A DNA stretch of 32,387 bases from Bacteroidota bacterium (GTDB lineage Bacteria; Bacteroidota; Bacteroidia; Flavobacteriales; Flavobacteriaceae): assembly GCA_040387455.1 (NCBI GenBank), contig JAZKDS010000068.1, forward strand, positions 1 through 32,387, read 5' to 3'. Shown here piece by piece: positions 24,519 through 32,387 of this stretch. Numbering within the stretch: position 1 is the stretch's first letter; every line of letters starts with the position of its first letter. The notes beneath the pieces are model-generated. The model did not search any database and was not told where the DNA came from. It saw nothing but the letters and a program-made list of their open reading frames with translations. The position numbers were made by a program, and so were the translations under genes.

Positions 24519-27326
24519 TTATTTTGTTTCAGGCATCAGCATACCAATTACTTTATCTTTAGTAAGGTATTTTTTAGCTACCGCCTGAACGTCTTTGGCC
24601 GTTACATCATTTACTTTTTTCTCTATCGCAAAAATCTCTTCGGGGCTAGAGCCGTTAATAAATGATTTTTCAAAATAACTAAGCCAGAAGTTATTGTCTT
24701 TTATATCTTTTTTATAGTCCAGCAACTCGGCTTCCTTAAACTTGGTAAGGTCTTTAGCCTCCGGGCCGTTGTCTATAATTTTCTGCAGTTCTGCAAGGGC
24801 GCTGGCCGTTAGCTTTTCTGCATTCTCAGGACCACACGGGAACGAGATGTTGAAGTTATAAGAACCGTATGGTACTTTGCCCATGCTGCCACGTGCATTA
24901 ATGCCATATACGCCGCTTTCGTTCTCTCTAAGCTGCTCAAGTAATTTTATGGTAAGTATTTCGCCCAAGGCCTGTAGTGCTACAGCCTCTTTAGCATCAT
25001 ACTTAGTATCGCCATAATACATAATTGTTACATTACTTTTAGGGTCGGTACCTTTGTTTACCACTTTTTTAATCTCTCCTTTAGCAAGACGGTAACCCAG
25101 GTCATCGGCTTTTTCTTTTTGACCGGTGGCAGGTAAAGACGCTATGTATTTAGCAGCATACTCTTCCATAAGTTTATCATCTATGTTACCCACAAAAAAG
25201 AACTCAAAGTCGGCTGCATTGGCAAAACGCTCTTTGTATTTATTGTAAGCCAGCTCATAATCAGTAGTCGCCCAGGTTGCATCGGTAGGTATTATGCCGT
25301 TAAACCTTGGGTTATCTTTATACAAAAAGCCGTAAAATTCCTGCTGGAAGTAAAAATTAGGCTGAGAAGAAAGGTTTTTGTAAAAGGCTGACTGCTTTTG
25401 TTTATACGTTTCAAACGCCTCTTTATCAAGGTTAAGATCAGTAAAATAAGCATGCGTCATCTGGAACAGGTACTCAAGGTCTTTAGGTGTTGCGTTACCG
25501 CTAAGACCTTCGGTAGTACCGCCTATGTAAGGATATACACTGGCAATTTTGCCCGTCATGTACTTGTTGATATCATTAAGCTTAAGGCCGCTAAAACCAG
25601 CCTCGGTAAGTGCGTTTGTAGCAAACTGTATTTTTTTATAATCAGCATTACTAAACTTGTTGCTGCCTCCAAAGCTTACTGCTTCCATTAAAACCTCATC
25701 ATTTTTAAAGTCGGTTTTTTTGTAGGTTACTTTAGCGCCGTTGCTTAGCGTTAGTGTAGTGGTACCTAATTTTTTATTGGTTTCCTTCTTTTTAATGGTA
25801 CCCGCTTTCACTTCGTTTCTTAAAAGGCCTGCTGCAATTTCGCTGTCTTCATACGGTGTAAGTGCATCGGTATCTACATTAAGTGCGGCAAGCACCTGCT
25901 GCTCTGTAGGCTTAACAAGGCCTTCTTTTTCCGGACCTGTAAGTATAACCACCCTGTTATCGGGCTTAACGTAGTCTTTTACCAGGTTATTAAGGTCTTC
26001 AAGCTTTACCTGTGGCAATACTTTTTTAAATGCATCATAGGTCCACACTATACCCGGAACCGGCTCTGCCTCCAGGAAGTGTCCCTGGTATTCCTGCACA
26101 AAGGTTTCAGACTCCATTTTATCCCTGTCGTTATACTGGCTCTCTATCATGGCCAGGTATTCTGACTTGGCCCTTTCGAGCTCACTTTGCGTAAAACCAA
26201 ATTTGCGCACGCGCTCATTTTCCTGCACCAGCACTTTAAGAGCATCAAGCTGTTTGTCTTCAGATACCATTGCAAAAGACTGGTAGGCCTCTTTTGTCCT
26301 GGCATAAGTGCCACCGTGGTAGCTGTAGCCAAAGGTAAATGGCGGATTAGGCGCATTTGTAAGCTCATTAAGCCTGTTGTTTAGCATGGTGCTAAAAAGG
26401 CCTTCGTTTATTTCGGCTTTTAAATCATCAATAGTAACAACTTTCTTAGGGTCTTTATAGTCTTTATAGATAAGCTGCACACGAGAAGACGAAGCCTCTT
26501 TATCGCTTTCTACAGATACAAATGTTTGCTCGTGATTAGGCACATCAAACACTTTACGTGGCTTTTCGTTTTTAGGGTTTTGGTAAGATGCAAAGTGCTC
26601 TTTCACTTTTTTCTCCATGGCATCTACATCAATATCGCCCACTACAATAACCGCCATAAGGTCTGGCCTGTACCAGTCTTTGTAAAAGCTGGTTATTTTA
26701 TCGTAGGTAAAGTTTTCAAGAATTTCTTTTTGCCCTATGGGTAACCTGTCGGCATAGTGCGACTTATACATCATTTTAGGCATAAACTGCTTCATCATGC
26801 GTTTTTCGGCACCAAGGCCCAGGCGGTATTCTTCTAATACTACGCCACGCTCTTTGTCAATTTCTTCGGGTGTAAGTACCGCATTAAACGCCCAGTCTTC
26901 TATAACCTGAAAGCCTTTTTCAAGTTTTGCAGGGTCGTCACTCGGTATGGGCAGAAAATATACTGTTTCGTCAAAACTGGTATAAGCGTTAAGGTGCTGA
27001 CCAAATTTAACACCTATGCTTTGCAGGTAGTCTACCAGTGCGTTTTTAGGAAAACGCTTTGTGCCGTTAAAGCACATGTGCTCCATAAAGTGGGCAAGGC
27101 CCTGCTGATCGTCGTTTTCAAGAATTGAGCCGGCGTTGATAACCAGCCTTAAATCTACTTTGTTTTCTGGCTTGGCGTTCTTCCTGATGTAATAGGTAAG
27201 CCCGTTGGGCAGTTTTCCGGTGCGAACGGCCGGGTCAAACGGAATAGGATCGCTGCCTTTCAGATCCTGGGCTGTAACCAGGATGGGCGCAGCAATGAGG
27301 AACATCCACAATTTAATATTTTTCAT
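24519..27326 (-). CDS. M16 family zinc metallopeptidase (PqqL-like), exported
   Basis: GKLPNGLTYYI, inverted zincin HFMEH, NAYTSFDETVY, KERGVVLEE, LRENESGVY; 935 aa with signal peptide. Confidence 0.93.
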   Translation of the reverse strand: MKNIKLWMFLIAAPILVTAQDLKGSDPIPFDPAVRTGKLPNGLTYYIRKNAKPENKVDLRLVINAGSILENDDQQGLAHFMEHMCFNGTKRFPKNALVDYLQSIGVKFGQHLNAYTSFDETVYFLPIPSDDPAKLEKGFQVIEDWAFNAVLTPEEIDKERGVVLEEYRLGLGAEKRMMKQFMPKMMYKSHYADRLPIGQKEILENFTYDKITSFYKDWYRPDLMAVIVVGDIDVDAMEKKVKEHFASYQNPKNEKPRKVFDVPNHEQTFVSVESDKEASSSRVQLIYKDYKDPKKVVTIDDLKAEINEGLFSTMLNNRLNELTNAPNPPFTFGYSYHGGTYARTKEAYQSFAMVSEDKQLDALKVLVQENERVRKFGFTQSELERAKSEYLAMIESQYNDRDKMESETFVQEYQGHFLEAEPVPGIVWTYDAFKKVLPQVKLEDLNNLVKDYVKPDNRVVILTGPEKEGLVKPTEQQVLAALNVDTDALTPYEDSEIAAGLLRNEVKAGTIKKKETNKKLGTTTLTLSNGAKVTYKKTDFKNDEVLMEAVSFGGSNKFSNADYKKIQFATNALTEAGFSGLKLNDINKYMTGKIASVYPYIGGTTEGLSGNATPKDLEYLFQMTHAYFTDLNLDKEAFETYKQKQSAFYKNLSSQPNFYFQQEFYGFLYKDNPRFNGIIPTDATWATTDYELAYNKYKERFANAADFEFFFVGNIDDKLMEEYAAKYIASLPATGQKEKADDLGYRLAKGEIKKVVNKGTDPKSNVTIMYYGDTKYDAKEAVALQALGEILTIKLLEQLRENESGVYGINARGSMGKVPYGSYNFNISFPCGPENAEKLTASALAELQKIIDNGPEAKDLTKFKEAELLDYKKDIKDNNFWLSYFEKSFINGSSPEEIFAIEKKVNDVTAKDVQAVAKKYLTKDKVIGMLMPETK

Positions 27327-27499
27327 GCGTTATTGGTATGTTGGTTTATTCTTAATAAAACTACTAAAAAAGTGTTTTAGTATATTGTTAACTTAAATAA
27401 ATCCGTTTAAACACCTTATTTTATTGATGAAACTACTTAAAGGGCGTAATTATAATAATATTAGTATATTTACGTTCAAGAACAAACATCATTAAGCAA

Positions 27500-28765
27500 A
27501 TGAATAGCGCCCTTAGCCGGCTTGCCACGATAGCCTTACTGTTAACTACTCTATTTACAAACGCACAGGTTCAGCAGGAAATAGCCCCACCCTACAATAT
27601 TAAAACCGTTTCATTTTTAAAAAACAGCGAAAACGTGTACCCTTATTTTAGGTTAGGCGAGGCATTTACCTTACAGTTTGATGACCTTTTTGGTAACGAG
27701 GCAAACTATTACTACAGCATTGTGCATTGTAATTATGACTGGACACCCAGCAGCCAGCTATCGGTAAACGATTATATTCAGGGTTTTGACAACCAAAGGA
27801 TACAGAATTATAACAACTCATTTAATACGCTGCAGATTTATTCGCGCTATGAGCTGTCTATACCTAATAAATTTACCAGCCTTAAAATAACAGGCAATTA
27901 CATACTCAAGATTATGAATGATGACCGCGAGGTAATTTTTACCCGCCGATTTATTGTTTATGATGAGCAGGTGGCCGTGCCCTTACAGGTAAAGCGCGCA
28001 CGCGATATGCAGGTGCGCGATGAAAAGCACAATCTTGATTTTGCCATAAAAAGCGAAGCTATACTGTTTCAGAGTCCGTTGCAAAACGTTAAGGTGGGAT
28101 TGTATCAAAACGGGCGTTTTGACAATGCCATTTATAACATTAAGCCGCAGTACACCATAGGTAACGACCTGATTTATAAATATGATAAAGAAACCCAGTT
28201 TTGGGCCGGTAACGAATACCTTTATTTTGACAATAAAGACATACGTAATGCCGTAAATAATATTGCACGCATTGATGCCGGCGAAATATACAATACCATT
28301 TTGTATACCAGCGAAGCGCGCGCCAGCAAGCCCTACACCTACTTTCCGGATGTTAATGGCAATTTTTTAATAAAGAACATAAACCTGAGCGTTACAGACC
28401 AAAACCTGGAGGCCGATTATGCCTGGGTTTTCTTTAAAATGAGCGCCCCGGCCTATTTTGAAAAGAATGACATTTATGTGGGCGGCATGTTTAACAACTA
28501 TTCTAAAGCCGACGAATATAAGCTGGACTATGATGCTAAAACGGCTACTTACAGCAAGGCTATTATGATTAAGCAGGGCTTTACCAACTTTATGTATATT
28601 GCCGCCGATAAAAACGGTAAGGTAGACGATGCCCATGCGGTAGACGGCAATTTTTACCAAACGGAAGACGAATACAACATTTTTGTATACTACAGGCAAA
28701 ATAATGAACGTTATGATAGGGTTATAGGCCGTGGCACTGCTAACTCTCAGAACATTATTAACTAA
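27500..28765 (+). CDS. DUF5103 domain protein (T9SS translocon plug-like)
   Basis: L.FDDL, HCNYDW, SFNT, FWAGNEY..FD, D.NG.F, IKQGF.NF.Y, DGNFYQTE.EY...VYYR. The family and plug assignment is recalled, not searched. Confidence 0.75.
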   Translation: MNSALSRLATIALLLTTLFTNAQVQQEIAPPYNIKTVSFLKNSENVYPYFRLGEAFTLQFDDLFGNEANYYYSIVHCNYDWTPSSQLSVNDYIQGFDNQRIQNYNNSFNTLQIYSRYELSIPNKFTSLKITGNYILKIMNDDREVIFTRRFIVYDEQVAVPLQVKRARDMQVRDEKHNLDFAIKSEAILFQSPLQNVKVGLYQNGRFDNAIYNIKPQYTIGNDLIYKYDKETQFWAGNEYLYFDNKDIRNAVNNIARIDAGEIYNTILYTSEARASKPYTYFPDVNGNFLIKNINLSVTDQNLEADYAWVFFKMSAPAYFEKNDIYVGGMFNNYSKADEYKLDYDAKTATYSKAIMIKQGFTNFMYIAADKNGKVDDAHAVDGNFYQTEDEYNIFVYYRQNNERYDRVIGRGTANSQNIIN

Positions 28766-28835
28766 ACACCAAAGAGTTAAAAATTATTTGGGTTTAATTT
28801 AATATTCGTACTTTAGCCACGCTATAAATATTTTG

Positions 28836-28843
28836 TATTTTTG
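28836..28843 (+). promoter_or_regulatory. -7 box (TATTTTTG) for apaG
   Basis: Matches TAnnTTTG, 22 nt upstream of ATG 28866. Confidence 0.6.
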
Positions 28844-28865
28844 CAAAGAACTAACGCACAGCGGC

Positions 28866-29252
28866 ATGGTATCACAAATAACAAGAGGCATAAAAATATC
28901 GGTATCTACAAGTTTTGAAGGCACATACTTTAAAAACTACCGCATTCAGTTTGCTTTTAGCTATGAAATAACCATAGAAAACCAAAGCAAAGACTCTGTA
29001 CAGCTTAATACCCGCCACTGGGAAATATACGACTCCTTAAACGATCTTGAAATTGTAGACGGAGAAGGCGTAATAGGCAAAAAGCCCGTATTAAAACCCG
29101 GCGAAAAACACACCTACAGCTCCGGTTGCCTGCTATCATCGCCTTTTGGGGCCATGAGGGGCTATTTTAGCATGATTAACTTTACCACCACACGTGCTTT
29201 TAAAGTTATTGTACCCACATTTAGACTGAGTGCTCCTTTTGCACTGAATTAA
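28866..29252 (+). CDS. apaG: ApaG domain protein
   Basis: F.Y.ITIEN, VQL..RHW.I, V.GEGVIG..P.L.PG, Y.SGC; start re-called at ATG 28866. Confidence 0.95.
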   Translation: MVSQITRGIKISVSTSFEGTYFKNYRIQFAFSYEITIENQSKDSVQLNTRHWEIYDSLNDLEIVDGEGVIGKKPVLKPGEKHTYSSGCLLSSPFGAMRGYFSMINFTTTRAFKVIVPTFRLSAPFALN

Positions 29253-29498
29253 TTTTCTTTTTACCACAAGGGTCACTAAGGCATTTACACGAAGGCCGCA
29301 GCATAAACGCTTCGCTTTAAGAACACAAGGCTGCATCTAAAAATTCGTGGAAATATGCGTGATGTGCATCTTAAACAGCTTCACTCATCTTTGTGAAATA
29401 TGAAATGATATCGCCGCTTTTGGCGAAAAAATTAAACAATCATCCTTAATATTCTTTTACGCTATAAATTGTGCAAATAACATGTGCATAATTCTTTG

Positions 29499-29506
29499 TA
29501 CATTTG
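29499..29506 (+). promoter_or_regulatory. -7 box (TACATTTG) for pruA
   Basis: Matches TAnnTTTG, 30 nt upstream of the ATG. Confidence 0.6.
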
Positions 29507-29536
29507 TATTGTTTAAACAACTAAACATTTACAACT

Positions 29537-31162
29537 ATGCCTAAAGGAATTTACAACGTACCAAAAGCCGTTAATGAACCCGTAAAAAGCTATGCCCCCG
29601 GCAGTAAAGAACGTGAGCAGGTACTTGCCACTTTTAAAGAATTATACAACAGCACCGTAGATGTGCCGCTATACATTGGTGCCGAAGAAATTCGTACCGG
29701 AAAAACCAAAGACATTCGCCCGCCATTTGACCATAAAAAAGTTGTGGGCACTTACCACGAAGGCGAAAAGCAACACATAGAGCAGGCTATTGCCGCCGCT
29801 ATGGAGGCCAGGACAAAATGGGCTGCCCTTAGCTGGGAGCACAGGGCCGGTATCTTTCTTAAAGCGGCCGAGCTGCTTGCAGGCCCATACCGCGCTAAAA
29901 TAAATGCTGCCACCATGATAGCCCAGGCTAAAACGGTACACCAGGCCGAGATTGATGCCGCATGCGAATTTATAGACTTCCTGAGGTTTAACGTTGAGTT
30001 TATGACCCAGATTTATGCCCAGCAGCCTATATCGAGCGAAGGGATATGGAACCGCCTTGAGTACCGCCCTTTAGAAGGTTTTGTGTATGCCATTACCCCC
30101 TTTAACTTTACAGCTATTAGTGGTAACCTGCCTGCTGCCCCTGCCCTTATGGGTAACGTAGTGGTATGGAAACCAAGCGCCAGCCAGGTATATAGCGCAC
30201 AGGTTATTATGGAAGTGTTTAAACTTGCTGGCTTACCGGCAGGTGTTATAAACATGGTACACGGCAGCGCAGCCATGATTAGCGAAACGCTTATAAACAA
30301 CCGCGATTTTGGAGGTGTTCACTTTACAGGGTCTACCGGTGTGTTTAACGACCTTTGGGCTAAAATAGGCGCAAACGTGGGCAACTATAAAAGCTACCCA
30401 CGCATAGTGGGCGAAACCGGCGGTAAAGACTTTGTGGTGGCTCACCCAAGCTCTATACCGGCCGAAGTAGCTACTGCACTAAGCCGTGGCGCTTTTGAAT
30501 ACCAGGGACAAAAATGCAGCGCTGCATCAAGGGCTTACATTCCGCAGTCGATATGGCCGCAGGTAAAAGAGCTGCTTATTAAAGATATAAAAAGCTTTAA
30601 AATGGGATCGCCGGAAGACACTACTAACTTTGTGTCGGCCGTTATACACGAAAACTCGTTTAACAAGCTTGCCAAATATATTGATGAGGCCAAGGCTGCC
30701 AATGATGCCGAGGTTATTGTAGGTGGTGGTTATGACAAATCTATAGGCTGGTTTATAGAGCCTACGGTTATTGTTACCACAAACCCTCAATATGAAACGC
30801 TTCGCGAAGAATTGTTTGGCCCTGTGCTAACCATATATGTGTATGAAGATGCCAAATGGGCAGAAACGCTTAAACTGGTTGACGAAACCTCGCCTTACGC
30901 CCTTACAGGCGCTATCTTTAGCCAAGACAGATATGCGGTAGAAGAGGCTACAAAAGCCCTTGAGAACGCCGCAGGTAACTTCTATATAAACGATAAACCT
31001 ACGGGTGCCGTTGTGGGCCAGCAGCCTTTTGGCGGTGCACGCGCAAGTGGCACTAACGATAAGGCAGGCTCTGTGCTTAACCTATACCGCTGGGTATCGC
31101 CACGCACCATTAAAGAAACATTTGTATCGCCTACAGACTACAGGTACCCGTTTTTAGGATAG
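29537..31162 (+). CDS. pruA: L-glutamate gamma-semialdehyde (P5C) dehydrogenase
   Basis: NEPVKSYAPGS, AEIDAACE, PFNFTAI, FTGST, GETGGKDF, FEYQGQKCSA, EELFGP, NDKPTGAVVGQQPFGG. Confidence 0.96.
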   Translation: MPKGIYNVPKAVNEPVKSYAPGSKEREQVLATFKELYNSTVDVPLYIGAEEIRTGKTKDIRPPFDHKKVVGTYHEGEKQHIEQAIAAAMEARTKWAALSWEHRAGIFLKAAELLAGPYRAKINAATMIAQAKTVHQAEIDAACEFIDFLRFNVEFMTQIYAQQPISSEGIWNRLEYRPLEGFVYAITPFNFTAISGNLPAAPALMGNVVVWKPSASQVYSAQVIMEVFKLAGLPAGVINMVHGSAAMISETLINNRDFGGVHFTGSTGVFNDLWAKIGANVGNYKSYPRIVGETGGKDFVVAHPSSIPAEVATALSRGAFEYQGQKCSAASRAYIPQSIWPQVKELLIKDIKSFKMGSPEDTTNFVSAVIHENSFNKLAKYIDEAKAANDAEVIVGGGYDKSIGWFIEPTVIVTTNPQYETLREELFGPVLTIYVYEDAKWAETLKLVDETSPYALTGAIFSQDRYAVEEATKALENAAGNFYINDKPTGAVVGQQPFGGARASGTNDKAGSVLNLYRWVSPRTIKETFVSPTDYRYPFLG

Positions 31163-31182
31163 TCTTTATAACCTGATATAAC

Positions 31183-31216
31183 AAAGCCCGCTGAAATTCA
31201 TCAGCGGGCTTTTTTT
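31183..31216 (+). terminator. Terminator after pruA
   Basis: AAAGCCCGCTGA-aattca-TCAGCGGGCTTTTTTT. Confidence 0.88.
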
Positions 31217-31431
31217 GTTTGCAATGGAAAATGGATGTAGCGGATTTATGCAGATTTCAATATGACAAGGGGAATAGCCTTTATAGCTGGCATTACCCGT
31301 CTATCATTATTGCTGCCAAAATTAAAATCGCTACGGGATACCCTGTTAAGGAATACATTCCGGTAAACATTTCAGCCCCTTAAACAACTCCTAAATTATT
31401 GCGGTTTAAACGCGCGCATGTGGTTTTGAAG

Positions 31432-31439
31432 TAATTTTG
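31432..31439 (+). promoter_or_regulatory. -7 box (TAATTTTG) for the TIGR03643-SDR operon
   Basis: Matches TAnnTTTG, 22 nt upstream of ATG 31462. Confidence 0.55.
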
Positions 31440-31461
31440 GGTTTATACCAAAACAACCCAA

Positions 31462-31764
31462 ATGGCACTTAAACCTGTTATTGCCCCTAAACAAACCCGT
31501 AGCGAAACGGATACGGACCGTATTATAGAAATGGCCTGGGAAGACCGCACCCCTTTTGAAGCCATATACTACCAATTTGGCCTTACAGAAGACCGCGTTA
31601 AGGAAATCATGAAAAAAACCCTGAAGTTTAGCAGCTACAGGCTGTGGCGCACCCGTGTAGAAAATTGCCACACCAAGCATGCTAAAAAACGCAGTAGCGC
31701 TATTGACCGTTTTAAATGCAGCAGGCAGCGCGCCATATCTTCTAACAAAATAAGCAAACGATAA
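31462..31764 (+). CDS. TIGR03643/DUF2805 family protein
   Basis: RIIEMAWEDRTPFEAI..QFGL.E, LWR.RV, RFKCSRQ. Confidence 0.88.
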   Translation: MALKPVIAPKQTRSETDTDRIIEMAWEDRTPFEAIYYQFGLTEDRVKEIMKKTLKFSSYRLWRTRVENCHTKHAKKRSSAIDRFKCSRQRAISSNKISKR

Positions 31765-32387
31765 TGGCACAGCGCACATACATTTTTGCAGGGGCATCTT
31801 CTGCAATGGCAGTACAGGCGGCAGCCGTTTTAAAAAGCCGGGGGTATAAGGTAATAGGTATATCGCGTAGTGCCGATAATAAAGGGTATGACGAATTTTA
31901 TACTGTAGAAAATTATGGGTTTGGCAATTTCCCAAAAATTGAAGGCGCTGTAGATGGCGTTGCTTATTTTCCGGGAACCATAAACCTGAGGCCGTTTAAC
32001 CGCATTAGCGAAACCGATTTTAGTTTAGATTTTGGCATTAGTGCACTTGGGGCAGCAGCTTTTGTACAGGCCTATTTACCTAACCTCAAAATTGCCGATG
32101 CGCCGGCCATACTGTTTTTTAGTACCGTAGCGGTGGCAACAGGCATGCCGTTTCATGCATCTATAGCTATGGCAAAAGGCGCGGTTGAAGGTTTGACGCG
32201 GTCGCTGGCGGCAGAGTTTGCCCCTAAAATAAGGGTAAACTGCATAGCACCATCACTTACCGATACGCCCCTGGCTGAAAAACTGCTTGGCTCGCCCGAA
32301 AAGACAGAAGCCGGTAAAAACCGAAATCCGCTTAAACAAATAGGCAGTACGCAGGATTTGGCAAGCGCCATAACTTTTTTACTTAGC
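31764..32387 (+). CDS. SDR family oxidoreductase, 3' end runs off the window
   Basis: Absent from the ORF track. Manual translation from ATG 31764 (TAATG overlap): IFAGASSAMA, PGTINLRPF, FFSTVA, KGAVEGLTRSLAAEFAPKIRVNCIAPSLTDTPLA. Confidence 0.9.
   Translation, partial: MAQRTYIFAGASSAMAVQAAAVLKSRGYKVIGISRSADNKGYDEFYTVENYGFGNFPKIEGAVDGVAYFPGTINLRPFNRISETDFSLDFGISALGAAAFVQAYLPNLKIADAPAILFFSTVAVATGMPFHASIAMAKGAVEGLTRSLAAEFAPKIRVNCIAPSLTDTPLAEKLLGSPEKTEAGKNRNPLKQIGSTQDLASAITFLLS

Noticed and set aside
31231-31383. 50-codon ORF (MDVADLCRFQYDKG...) after the pruA terminator
   Set aside because: No recognisable motif, promoter or signal; cannot be distinguished from chance.
31396-31935. 179-aa minus-strand ORF
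   Set aside because: Antisense to the TIGR03643 and SDR genes, which have clear family motifs.

Overview
Chromosomal window from a Bacteroidota organism, most likely Flavobacterium-like (TAnnTTTG -7 promoter boxes, T9SS C-terminal sorting domains, Gln after signal-peptide cleavage sites). Housekeeping content: hutF (partial), hutG, pepE, tRNA-Gly(TCC), a GNAT, two convergent L,D-transpeptidase-family genes, gpmI, acetyl-CoA hydrolase/transferase, map, a SAM methyltransferase, an M16 protease, a DUF5103/T9SS plug-like protein, apaG, pruA, a TIGR03643 protein and a partial SDR. Three things stand out. (1) 2371-8417 is a mostly overlap-coupled tandem array of eight paralogous ~250-aa exported proteins. 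Each has a CarboxypepD_reg-like N-domain, a TonB-box-like EEVVV motif in most copies, a hypervariable core and a helical C-domain, and the array shows recent duplication and mosaicism. (2) 9652-15595 is a divergent five-gene cluster in which every protein carries a dithiol motif (DUF6029-like barrel CVGGVC, TlpA WCVPC, T9SS cargo WCGPC, T9SS cargo CFSQLC, Omp28-like lipoprotein WCGYC), suggesting a thiol-redox relay across the outer membrane. (3) 23194-23649 is a frameshifted GxxExxY nuclease-family gene enclosed by 40-bp inverted repeats (39/40 match). Family names are from motif recognition only; no searches were run.
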